DNA of 64,000 nt from assembly GCA_012513575.1 (NCBI GenBank), contig JAAZBX010000001.1, positions 10,163 through 74,162 of the forward strand. The letters run 5' to 3'. Of the stretch, positions 18,852 through 27,768 are shown piece after piece. Positions within the stretch are counted from its first letter, which is position 1; the number at the start of each line of letters is the position of its first letter. Under the pieces are notes generated by a model, which made no database searches, was not told the DNA's origin, and saw only the letters and a list, made by a program, of their open reading frames with translations. The stretch is from Candidatus Dojkabacteria bacterium (GTDB lineage: Bacteria > Patescibacteriota > Dojkabacteria > SC72). Position numbers and translations under genes: made by a program.

Positions 18852-20393
18852 CTACTGTAATCTATATTCGTTAATATTAAAGAAACCTTGTTCGTCTTTT
18901 TCTAGTGTAACAATATTCTCTCTTGAATATTTGATTGTGTAATAGAGCATTTTGTCTGTAGGAATAGTTTTAACAGTGTTGTCACCATCCATTTCAGAAA
19001 TAGTAATGTAGTTATCTTTGATATATGAAAGATGCTTAGAATTCTTAACCCATCTGGGGAAATGTTCGGATTTTAATCCTGGAATATTAATTAATCCTAT
19101 TTCTTCTGTAGGATCTAACGTTTCTTTCTCAAAAGTAAATACAGAAGTGTTCTCCTTTGAACCGATAAGTAATCTCCTATTATCTGTTGATGTGGAAAGT
19201 AGTATTGATGGGAAATGAGAGATTGCCAAATATTTAGCATCAGGAATACTGTACCAGTATGATGCTACAGTGGTAGATAAAAATATTCCCTTCGCCTGCT
19301 TATTTATATATATGTAATCGATTTTCCCAACAGTTTGAGTGTTTTCGGGAGAATTCGTAAAGGGAACAAAGGGGTTTGTTTGAGCTCTGTAATATTCAAT
19401 ATATTTTTCATCTTTTTGCAAATAGACAGTTTTTAACAAAGAATCTTCATTCACTCCGTCTAAAGAAATACCTTCAATAGAGTAAGAGTAAACAGATGAA
19501 TTATCAATGGAATTATCTTTTAGATAGTAAAGATAACCATCCTCGGTAGTTGTCCAGATCTTTTTGGATTGGTCACTTTGGTTATTGATTTCATTCGTAA
19601 GTAATGTGTACATTAATCTATCAGTAATATTGTAGGAGAGAAGCTGAGTAGGAGATTCAAAAAGGATATGCTTATTGTCTTGTGCCCAGGATATTGTAAA
19701 GCCTTCAAGTTTTGAGAGGTCAATCTTATTATTTATACTCGGTACAAAGGCAGTTGATGTATTCATTAAATATGAGGAATTTCCGCTTTCCGTTTTTGTG
19801 GTTAAAAGAGCATATTCTCCATTAGGAGACTGCATTAGTGAGAGGGTGGAGTCAGAGGTTTCCCAAATCTTCATTGGATTATTCAATATCTCCCATAGAG
19901 AGCTTTCAATTTTATACTTCCATAAGGAATGTTTTTCAGCATTCTCTTTTAGTAGGACCAATACAACATCATTATTCTTATTTATCCAGTAATTAACAAA
20001 TTCTTTTTGTGGATTCCATATGGTATATTTCTTGTTGTCTGAAAGGAGAAGCCAAGGGGTAAGTATAGTTGTTGTCTCCTCTGGGATATTTATGATTTTA
20101 TTCCATAAATGGTAACCCTCTTTCTCAATTTTCACATCATGTACTCCATACTCGAGTACTTTGCTTTTGGGTGTTTTTCCTAAATTTTCATCATCAATAT
20201 ATATTGTTGCATTGGAAGGGTAGGTCTTTACTGTGAGAGCACCTGTTTTAGTAATTTTTTGATCTGTAAGATTGACCCTATAGCCTTTTGCGAGGAGGAA
20301 AAGGATAAACGCAAATGAAAAGACCAAAATTGAAAATAAAGTTGGAATAACTGCTGGGGTTGAATATTTTTGAGGTTTCTTTTCTTTTACCAT
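18852..20393 (-). CDS. membrane-anchored PEGA-domain protein with a large C-terminal, probably beta-rich, domain
   Basis: N-terminal TM helix, then a PEGA-like 'TVKTYPSNATIYIDDENLGKTPKS..VHDVKIEKEGYHLW'. The remainder is unannotatable by eye. Confidence 0.5.
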   Translation of the reverse strand: MVKEKKPQKYSTPAVIPTLFSILVFSFAFILFLLAKGYRVNLTDQKITKTGALTVKTYPSNATIYIDDENLGKTPKSKVLEYGVHDVKIEKEGYHLWNKIINIPEETTTILTPWLLLSDNKKYTIWNPQKEFVNYWINKNNDVVLVLLKENAEKHSLWKYKIESSLWEILNNPMKIWETSDSTLSLMQSPNGEYALLTTKTESGNSSYLMNTSTAFVPSINNKIDLSKLEGFTISWAQDNKHILFESPTQLLSYNITDRLMYTLLTNEINNQSDQSKKIWTTTEDGYLYYLKDNSIDNSSVYSYSIEGISLDGVNEDSLLKTVYLQKDEKYIEYYRAQTNPFVPFTNSPENTQTVGKIDYIYINKQAKGIFLSTTVASYWYSIPDAKYLAISHFPSILLSTSTDNRRLLIGSKENTSVFTFEKETLDPTEEIGLINIPGLKSEHFPRWVKNSKHLSYIKDNYITISEMDGDNTVKTIPTDKMLYYTIKYSRENIVTLEKDEQGFFNINEYRLQ

Positions 20394-20444
20394 TTAGTGT
20401 ATAGAGTATAGCATAATAGCCAATAAGTTGTTAGAATACTTGTT

Positions 20445-21449
20445 ATGGAAAAGAAAAGAATTTTAACAGGAGACAGGCCAACTGGCAAACTTCATATTGG
20501 GCATTTACTTGGTTCTTTGTCAAACAGAGTAAAATTGCAGTATGAGTATGACTCTTTTATTGAGATTGCAAACATTCAAGCTCTCTCTGATAATTTCAAC
20601 AATCCTTCAAAAGTTAAAGATGGTATTATAGAACTTCTTTGTGATTATTATGCTGTAGGTATAGATTTTGACAAAGCCAACATATTTATACAAAGCGAAG
20701 TGCCTCAGATACATGAAATATTTATCTATTTGGCCAATTTTGCTACTGTTCAGCAGATACAACATAATCCGACAATAAAGACAGAAATGGCACAAAACAG
20801 ATATGAAGCCTCGACCCCTTTAGGTTTTTTCTTTTATCCAATTCATCAAGCTGCAGATATTTTTTCAGTAAATGCCGACTTGGTACCTGTTGGAAAAGAT
20901 CAATTACCCATGATAGAGGATGCAAGAGAATTGGGAAGAAGATTTAACAAAACTTACGGAGTAGATATCCTTGGTCAACCCGAAGCACTGTTAGGTACAA
21001 AAATAAATGTTCCTGGTATTGATGGAGCCGAGAAAATGGGGAAGAGTTTGAATAACTGTATTTACTTGTCAGATAGTCAAGAGGAATTAAAGAAAAAAGT
21101 ATTTAAAGTATATACAGATCCTACTAGAATACATGCAGACGATCCTGGTCAAGTAGAGGGGAATGTAGCTTTTACATATCTTGATTTATTCTCAGATGAA
21201 TCCCAAAAAGAGGAAATAGAAGATATGAAGAGAAGGTACAGGGAGGGTACAATTAAGGATATTGAAGTTAAGGGAAAACTTTTTGAAGTTATGGATGTTG
21301 TTTTGAAACCCATTAGGGATAGAAGAAAGGAAGCTGAAGAAATGAAGGACGAACTTGTTAAGAAAGCTTTAAATTCGAGCAGAGTTGTCTCATCGATAGC
21401 AAGAGAGACGGCGGATGAAATGAAAAAAGCTATGAAAATTGAATTTTAA
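20445..21449 (+). CDS. trpS: tryptophanyl-tRNA synthetase
   Basis: 'TGDRPTGKLHIGHLLG' (HIGH) and 'KMGKS'. 334 aa. Confidence 0.92.
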   Translation: MEKKRILTGDRPTGKLHIGHLLGSLSNRVKLQYEYDSFIEIANIQALSDNFNNPSKVKDGIIELLCDYYAVGIDFDKANIFIQSEVPQIHEIFIYLANFATVQQIQHNPTIKTEMAQNRYEASTPLGFFFYPIHQAADIFSVNADLVPVGKDQLPMIEDARELGRRFNKTYGVDILGQPEALLGTKINVPGIDGAEKMGKSLNNCIYLSDSQEELKKKVFKVYTDPTRIHADDPGQVEGNVAFTYLDLFSDESQKEEIEDMKRRYREGTIKDIEVKGKLFEVMDVVLKPIRDRRKEAEEMKDELVKKALNSSRVVSSIARETADEMKKAMKIEF

Positions 21450-21476
21450 TAGTATTTAACTTGTAGTGTTATTTCT

Positions 21477-22496
21477 ATGTTAGGAAAGAAGCTTGGAATT
21501 GATTTAGGAACTGCAAATTCAGTTATTTTTGTCCAAGGGGAAGGAGTTGTCTTGACTGAACCTACAGTTGTTGCAATTGATTTAGATACTCGAACTGTTA
21601 TTGCGGTTGGGACGAAAGCAAAACAGATGATTGGTAAAACACCAGAGAATATTGTAGCTAGAAGACCATTAAGAGAGGGGGTAATCGCTGATTCAAGAAT
21701 TACTGAAGCTTTGTTAAGATATTTCTATGATAGAGCTTTAGGTAAATCTAGGTTGATAAAGCCGGATGTAGTAATTAGTGTACCTGCTGGTATAACGTCA
21801 GTAGAAGAGAGAGCTGTCCATAAGGCTGCTAATGCTGTTGGCTCTCGAACTGTGACTCTTCTTCCAGAACCTTTGCTTGCAGCTTTAGGTGCAGGCCTTC
21901 CAATTCACACATCGTCTGGAAACATGATTGTAAATATGGGTGGAGGAACTAGTGAGGTTGGAGTAATGTCCCTTGATGGGATAGTAGAATACGAATCTAT
22001 TAGGGTAGGTGGAGATGCTCTTAACGAATATATTATATCCTATATGAAGAAAAAGAAGGGAATTTTAATTGGAGAGCAAAGTGCGGAGAATATTAAGATT
22101 AAAATTGGTTCCGCTGTTGAAGTTAGAGATCCAAAAGAAATGGAAGTAAGAGGAAGAGATGTTGGCGCTGGAATGCCAAAATCCATTATGGTAGATTCAA
22201 ATGATATTGCCAAAGCAATAGAGTTTCCTTTGAAAAGAATCATATCTGCAATTAAAACAGTTTTAGAGAAGACTCCACCAGAGCTATCGGCTGATATTAT
22301 TGATAGGGGAATGGTCATGAGTGGTGGTACTGCGAAACTAAGGAATTTAGACAAACTTTTTTCTAGGGCTACTGGAGTTCCTTGCCATGTGGCTGATGAT
22401 CCATTGCTTTGTGTCGTAAAAGGAACAGGGATAGCACTTGAACTTCTTGCTACAGGGGAGAGGAAATTCTCGTTTAACAAAGAATTTAGACGATAG
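21477..22496 (+). CDS. mreB: actin-like rod-shape protein MreB (paralog 1)
   Basis: 'LGIDLGTANSVIFVQGEGVVLTEPTVVA' phosphate-1 motif. Full-length actin fold, 339 aa. Confidence 0.85.
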   Translation: MLGKKLGIDLGTANSVIFVQGEGVVLTEPTVVAIDLDTRTVIAVGTKAKQMIGKTPENIVARRPLREGVIADSRITEALLRYFYDRALGKSRLIKPDVVISVPAGITSVEERAVHKAANAVGSRTVTLLPEPLLAALGAGLPIHTSSGNMIVNMGGGTSEVGVMSLDGIVEYESIRVGGDALNEYIISYMKKKKGILIGEQSAENIKIKIGSAVEVRDPKEMEVRGRDVGAGMPKSIMVDSNDIAKAIEFPLKRIISAIKTVLEKTPPELSADIIDRGMVMSGGTAKLRNLDKLFSRATGVPCHVADDPLLCVVKGTGIALELLATGERKFSFNKEFRR

Positions 22497-22516
22497 TTTA
22501 TGATATATTAACTCAT

Positions 22517-23677
22517 ATGGGAATTTTAGATAAAAAAAAGAAAAGCATGACACTAGATGAGGTAAGTACAAAGTTGGAGGAACTTAGATTGCCTACAGCT
22601 TTAGTCTTTACGCCACTGAACCTAGAAGTAGAGAGAAAGAAATTTTTTAATTCCGATATATATAGCCCATATTTTAAATACAGGATAGTAAAAAACAGTA
22701 ATGAGAAAATTCTGCAAGAGCTTTCAAAGGTAGAAGAAATTTCAGATATTGATCCAAGGGTATCTCAATTCTATGTCGATTTGATTAAATCAAAAGGGCA
22801 GACAAATGAATTAATGAATGCAGTTGGGAATAATTTAAGAGTAAGTGAAATCTCAAAAGAAAGGTTTGGAATTCCCTCAGAGAAACTTTATAGAAATGCT
22901 TGCAGGGTTTTAAGAGGTACTTTCAATAATTATAAACTAATTAAAAATCCTTCTCTAAAGAAAGAACCTCTTCTTGATTTTAATGATATTGTGAATGTAT
23001 TTGATTTGGTTTTTGAAGAATTAGGGTTAAGTGATTGGCAAGTCTATAAGTCTCAAAATATGGCCAAAAACGGTATGAAGGTAGGTATTAAGAGAAAGCA
23101 GATTTTAGTTAACCCTGAGATCCACAAAAGTAGGTTTAAACTTAAGAAATCGATTGTTCATGAGGTGGGAACACATGTTCTTCGATCAATTAATGGGTTT
23201 AATACAAATTTTTCAGCATTGGGAAATGCTAATTTGCCAAGTTATTTAGATATTGAGGAAGGTTTGGCAACGTACAATGAGAGTGACATGGGTTTATTAA
23301 CAGAAACAGGTCTAAAAAAGAAGGCAGCATTGGTTTTTGCAATTAAAAATGGAGAGCAAATGACTTTTAGGGAATTGTACAACTGTTTGTTAGGAATTTT
23401 CCCCAAATATGCAGCTTTTGATATTGTATATCGTGTGAAGAGGGGACTTGCAGATACAGCAAAACCTGGAATTTATACCAAAGATATTGTTTATTTTAGG
23501 GGTTTTAGAAGAGTAAAAAACTCTTTAGAAAAAGATAACTCACTATACAACAAGCTGTATTCAGGTAAAATTAGTTTGAAACAGGTTTCTTGGGTAGAGG
23601 AGGGTTTGATTCCAAAAGCAAAAACGGTGCCTTCTAAAGAAATGTGGACCAAAATATTCAAGAAAGCAGGTTTGTAA
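22517..23677 (+). CDS. DUF1704 / 'QEGLA-motif' family protein (bacterial homolog of the MATCAP tyrosine carboxypeptidase family); putative zinc metallocarboxypeptidase
   Basis: 'HEVGTH' zinc-binding-like motif, then '(E)EGLATY', the family's QEGLA signature. About 386 aa, typical for the family. The assignment rests on motif recall, not a search. Confidence 0.6.
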   Translation: MGILDKKKKSMTLDEVSTKLEELRLPTALVFTPLNLEVERKKFFNSDIYSPYFKYRIVKNSNEKILQELSKVEEISDIDPRVSQFYVDLIKSKGQTNELMNAVGNNLRVSEISKERFGIPSEKLYRNACRVLRGTFNNYKLIKNPSLKKEPLLDFNDIVNVFDLVFEELGLSDWQVYKSQNMAKNGMKVGIKRKQILVNPEIHKSRFKLKKSIVHEVGTHVLRSINGFNTNFSALGNANLPSYLDIEEGLATYNESDMGLLTETGLKKKAALVFAIKNGEQMTFRELYNCLLGIFPKYAAFDIVYRVKRGLADTAKPGIYTKDIVYFRGFRRVKNSLEKDNSLYNKLYSGKISLKQVSWVEEGLIPKAKTVPSKEMWTKIFKKAGL

Positions 23678-23765
23678 TACAGCCCATAGAGATTTCCTCG
23701 GAAATATTGTATAATAATGCGTTAGTCGCACATTAACAAGCGGTGTTAGTTCGAAGGAGGTTATT

Positions 23766-24038
23766 ATGAGTGAGACTCTTGAAAATATTGTATTATGGTT
23801 AACGTTCGCTTTGGTTATGATTACTCTTGTTTTAAGTGTAATGAGATTAAAAGGATTCCTAAAGGAAACAAAAAATCTTAGAATTATGATAATCGTTTTG
23901 TATATACTTCTAGGAGTCCTCCATATCATTGGAACAACTATTCAGCAATCAAGGCTAATAATTATACTAGACGCAGTATTCGGAATTATTTGGCTTATCC
24001 TTGCTTATCTGGAAATAAGACATCCTGTCGTAAGATAG
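23766..24038 (+). CDS. small 3-TM membrane protein (90 aa)
   Basis: Strong SD AGGAGG 6 nt upstream of the ATG. Three hydrophobic helices. A TATAAT box at 23710-23715. Confidence 0.55.
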   Translation: MSETLENIVLWLTFALVMITLVLSVMRLKGFLKETKNLRIMIIVLYILLGVLHIIGTTIQQSRLIIILDAVFGIIWLILAYLEIRHPVVR

Positions 24039-24065
24039 GAAAAGAATAAACAAAATGCGACTAAC

Positions 24066-24110
24066 AGCCTAAGGTTAACTGATTTCATATCTTTAGCCTT
24101 AGGCTTTTTT
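24066..24110 (+). terminator. hairpin (9-bp perfect stem AGCCTAAGG/CCTTAGGCT, about 22-nt loop) plus T-run between convergent genes
   Basis: Read directly. T6 then CTTTTT follows the stem on the + strand. Confidence 0.5.
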
Positions 24111-24114
24111 CTTT

Positions 24115-25053
24115 TTATCTAAATGCTGTAATAATTGCTTCTGCAATATTTACTGGAGTACCCTCTATCTTTGTTTCGTATGCTTTAAATCCAGGGTGGA
24201 AACTAAACTCTTGTACTGCAAGCTTGTTGTTAATATACATAAAATCTACAGCTATAAAATCCGCATTAAGTATGGTAGCCACTTTTTCAGCCATCTCTTT
24301 CATCTCCCTATTGGGTTGATTATACATTTCGTATATTCCCTTACTTACCGTCATGAAGCTATCATTTGCTATTCTTTTCCAGCCACCAATAACCTTACCT
24401 AGTTTTACAAATACTCTGTAATCTTCACCTGTATCAGAAAATTCTTGGATAAAGAAATTTCTATAGTCCCTCTCTCTTAATTCGTCTTCATTATTAATTT
24501 TGAAAACATTCTTCTTAATAACTTCTTTCCCTTCTTTAATTTCAATTCTATTAGCCCCTGTATATTCTTTAATGATCAAAGGAAAATTATTAAGAACTTT
24601 TCTTCTGGTTAAGTAATCTCCATCAGTTCTAAAGTAAGAATTGAAGTAGGGTATATTATTTTTTATACAGAATTGAGCTATTGCAATTTTATTGTAGTAT
24701 GGGAACTTCTTTATTGCTTCAGCATTTTGAACAAAAATCTTTTTGGAAGGGTTTTCTTTGTTATATTCATCTATGAAGTCAATAATGTATCTCTTATAGT
24801 GATACTCCTTTTCATTTTCAAGAGAGTGCCCACGAAAAAGAATATGAGAATAGTCAGAGATAGGGTTGCTATCAGCGAATATTTTCATTTTCCCATCTTG
24901 GAAGACAAATTCTAATTGATCATTAAAGATGAAATCATTTTCAATATTTTTCTTTTTGAGTTCTTCTACTATCCTCTTAGATGCAGTAGGGATTTCTTTC
25001 TCTCCGATTCTAGGTCTTTTGTCGATGATTAAATACCTCATATATTTATACAA
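24115..25053 (-). CDS. ATP-grasp family ligase (312 aa)
   Basis: ATP-grasp motifs 'PLIIKEYTGANRIEI', 'FIQEF...GEDYRVFVKLGKVIGGWKR' and 'ADFIAVDFMYINNKLAVQEFSFHPGF'. Its start overlaps the upstream gene by 8 nt. Confidence 0.65.
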   Translation of the reverse strand: MYKYMRYLIIDKRPRIGEKEIPTASKRIVEELKKKNIENDFIFNDQLEFVFQDGKMKIFADSNPISDYSHILFRGHSLENEKEYHYKRYIIDFIDEYNKENPSKKIFVQNAEAIKKFPYYNKIAIAQFCIKNNIPYFNSYFRTDGDYLTRRKVLNNFPLIIKEYTGANRIEIKEGKEVIKKNVFKINNEDELRERDYRNFFIQEFSDTGEDYRVFVKLGKVIGGWKRIANDSFMTVSKGIYEMYNQPNREMKEMAEKVATILNADFIAVDFMYINNKLAVQEFSFHPGFKAYETKIEGTPVNIAEAIITAFR

Positions 25054-26749
25054 TTTTTATTTTATTTATAAACCTTTTTGTTTTATATCTCTTAACAATC
25101 TTCATTTCATCTTTCTCTGCTTCATCTTTACTTATGATTAACAAATCAATGTTGTTAAAACCCAAGCCATCACTCTTTACTGCATCCCAATCTCTGTGAT
25201 GAACGATTATTCCGTCCAAAGAGGCATTAACCTTAAGAGCTTCCAAAGCTTTCCATTTCTCAAGGCCATCATTAATTTCTAACCCATTTATTCTCATATA
25301 TCCATCTTTGTACTCTCCAATTACATCTTTCTTTGAGAAATATGATCCCCAGAGACTTTTCTCACTAAGAAGTGTTAATATGTCAGGGAGAGTATTTCCT
25401 ATAGCAACAATTTTTTTTGTTTGATTCTCTTTAAGTAGTTTCTCTACAAATGTCTTTACTACATATTCTCTCTCTTCTCCCAAAACAGGGAAGAAATTTA
25501 AATATGCTTCAGGCATGGTATTAACTTCTAATATTGCACCATTCTCTTTTGTTAGAGGCTTACTAATGTCTTTACATAGAACATCTACACCAAGAGTAAA
25601 CGCATGTATAGAGGAGGCAATACTTTCAACCACATACTTAATTTCATCAGACACTTCATCAGTAAAATCCTCTGTGATTCCTCCTTTACTCATACTAGCT
25701 ACCTTTCTGACAGGGATTTTTTCATTTAATTTTGGGATGTAATCTAAAGAGAGATTTTGTTGCTCCAAATGGTCTATGAGGGATTCATCAATTACAATGG
25801 GTTTTAATGTGTGTACTGGGCTAGAGGTGTCCCTTTTTGGATCTTTGTTTGTTTCATTAATTAATTTTTTTATAGAATTTTTTCCATCTCCAATTATGAA
25901 AGCAGGAATTCTTTTTGTTGCAATCTCAAGTTTCCCATCTATAACAAGGAGCCTGTAATCTTCTCCGGGGACCTGTTCTTGGATCATTATCTTTTTTTGC
26001 CATTCCTCTCTTGGTTTCTCATTTACAGACTTTTGTGCAAATTCAAATGCTTTTTTAGCTTCATCAAGAGTATTTAATCCAACCACAACACCGTTCCCCC
26101 CAGTAAGGCCTGTTGGCTTAATTACAACTGGTTTTGCAAAATCAGACCATATTTCCTCTAATTGATTTTTGTTCTCAATTGTTTGCCATTTAGGTATAGG
26201 AAGACCTAATCTAGAGATCATTAAGTTTGTAGACCATTTATCTTTTTGAATCTCTTTGGCGTTTTTGGAATCCTTACTTGATGATATGGAATAGATAATT
26301 TGGGAACCTTTTCCACAACCGAGCGTGTGATGTCTGTTATATGTTTTGGGATATCCGGATTTATTAGTTTGAATAATTGCTTGATCAAGCAGGGTAGGTG
26401 TAATCTCATAGCCAAGGTCGTATGCAGTATTCAATATTGGGATTGTGGACATGGAAGCGACCCTTTGTTTAATTAGTTGATCTACAAGAAGCTCTTTACA
26501 TTTTTCAAATGAAATTTGTGAACAACCCAATTGTTGTAAGTAATCATTTGCTTCTCTCCAAAGAAATGGAATTTTTGTTTCAATATAAAGGTAACCTTGG
26601 GTAAAATAGTATTTTTCAATAAAAAGAGGATGATAATTTTTTACTAAATCTAAAATCTTTTTTACTGAATCGTCCTCATTTACTTCAATAATTACGGTTG
26701 AGTAGGGCGATATTAAGTTTAATCCTTGCAACACTTGTGCTTTCTTCAT
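25046..26749 (-). CDS. cyanophycin synthetase-like protein with CphA N-domain and ATP-grasp G-domain but no Mur-ligase (M) domain (567 aa)
   Basis: The N-terminus 'MKKAQVLQGLNLISPYSTVIIEVNEDD' resembles the CphA N-terminus. G-domain motifs 'VVIKPTGLTGGNGVVVG', 'EDYRLLVIDGKLEIATKRIPAFIIGDGKNSIKKLINETNKDPKR', 'GVDVLCKDISKP..ILEVN'. The C-terminal roughly 130 aa lack the GxxGKT of Mur ligases. Confidence 0.65.
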   Translation of the reverse strand: MKKAQVLQGLNLISPYSTVIIEVNEDDSVKKILDLVKNYHPLFIEKYYFTQGYLYIETKIPFLWREANDYLQQLGCSQISFEKCKELLVDQLIKQRVASMSTIPILNTAYDLGYEITPTLLDQAIIQTNKSGYPKTYNRHHTLGCGKGSQIIYSISSSKDSKNAKEIQKDKWSTNLMISRLGLPIPKWQTIENKNQLEEIWSDFAKPVVIKPTGLTGGNGVVVGLNTLDEAKKAFEFAQKSVNEKPREEWQKKIMIQEQVPGEDYRLLVIDGKLEIATKRIPAFIIGDGKNSIKKLINETNKDPKRDTSSPVHTLKPIVIDESLIDHLEQQNLSLDYIPKLNEKIPVRKVASMSKGGITEDFTDEVSDEIKYVVESIASSIHAFTLGVDVLCKDISKPLTKENGAILEVNTMPEAYLNFFPVLGEEREYVVKTFVEKLLKENQTKKIVAIGNTLPDILTLLSEKSLWGSYFSKKDVIGEYKDGYMRINGLEINDGLEKWKALEALKVNASLDGIIVHHRDWDAVKSDGLGFNNIDLLIISKDEAEKDEMKIVKRYKTKRFINKIKIV

Positions 26750-26761
26750 TCTTCTTAGATA

Positions 26762-27751
26762 TTAACTTAAATATTTATCTCGGATGTATTCCATTATAGG
26801 TACAGCTACCTCTGTCTTTTGCCCTTTATCAACTTTGTAGTGTAACCTAAGCCCAGGGTTGTAGTTTACCTCGTTAATTGCACATTTGCTGGGTTTGGAG
26901 ATATTTTCTGCGATAATATCAACTCCTCCAAATTCCGTATCTAGTGCTTTTATAGCTCTTATTGCAAGTTGATTGTAAAAATCATTTACCTCACTTTGAC
27001 ATTCTTCTGTCGTACCACCAGTTGTTAAATTACAATTATACCTAAGTATTACTTCTTCGTCTTTTTGTGGAATTGATTCTAAATTCATGTTATTTCTTTG
27101 TAATTTAAGGACAAGTTCGTTGTCGATTACTATCGGAAGCATTATATTCTTTTTTCTCTCTTCGTTTTTCAATTCTATGAGTTTTCTTATTGAATTCTCT
27201 CCATTTCCGACAATATGTGCGGCCTTTCTTCTAACGACACCAATCACTTTCTCTCCAAGGACTAAGAACCTGTAATTATCACCTTGAACGAATTCTTCTC
27301 CGATTACCTTTTTACTATCATCTGGATTATGTGATAGGTTAAACGCATTTTTGTAAGCATTAAGAACTTGCTCCTCGCTTTGTGGTAAAAGAGAAACGCC
27401 TTTTCCTCCTAATTGTTGTGAGGGTTTAATTACTATATTTTTATAGTTATGAAAGAATTTTATTGCATCAATCTCGCATGCTAGAATTTCTTGTTTTGGT
27501 ACAGGTATTCCATTTTTTTCTAATACCATATGAGTAAGATTTTTTCTTTTACAAATTGTAGTACTTGGAGTTGGAACTAGGGGAGTGACAGTATTGATAA
27601 TATACCAATGTTTGTTTTTAATTTTAAATTCTGCCATTAATCCTGGAACTAATACATGATATTCAATCCCCAGCTTATAAGCTGCTTCAATGTAGTAGGA
27701 GAGATGGATATTTCCTGCTTCTTTTAAAAAATTTTTTTCCCCCTCTGTCAT
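26762..27751 (-). CDS. cyanophycin synthetase G-domain-like ATP-grasp ligase (329 aa, stand-alone)
   Basis: 'VIKPSQQLGGKGVSL', 'DNYRFLVLGEKVIGVVRRKAAHIVGNGENSIRKLIELKNEERKK', 'GVDIIAENISKPSKCAINEVNYNPG'. Confidence 0.65.
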   Translation of the reverse strand: MTEGEKNFLKEAGNIHLSYYIEAAYKLGIEYHVLVPGLMAEFKIKNKHWYIINTVTPLVPTPSTTICKRKNLTHMVLEKNGIPVPKQEILACEIDAIKFFHNYKNIVIKPSQQLGGKGVSLLPQSEEQVLNAYKNAFNLSHNPDDSKKVIGEEFVQGDNYRFLVLGEKVIGVVRRKAAHIVGNGENSIRKLIELKNEERKKNIMLPIVIDNELVLKLQRNNMNLESIPQKDEEVILRYNCNLTTGGTTEECQSEVNDFYNQLAIRAIKALDTEFGGVDIIAENISKPSKCAINEVNYNPGLRLHYKVDKGQKTEVAVPIMEYIRDKYLS

Positions 27752-27768
27752 TTGGTAAATATTTAATA

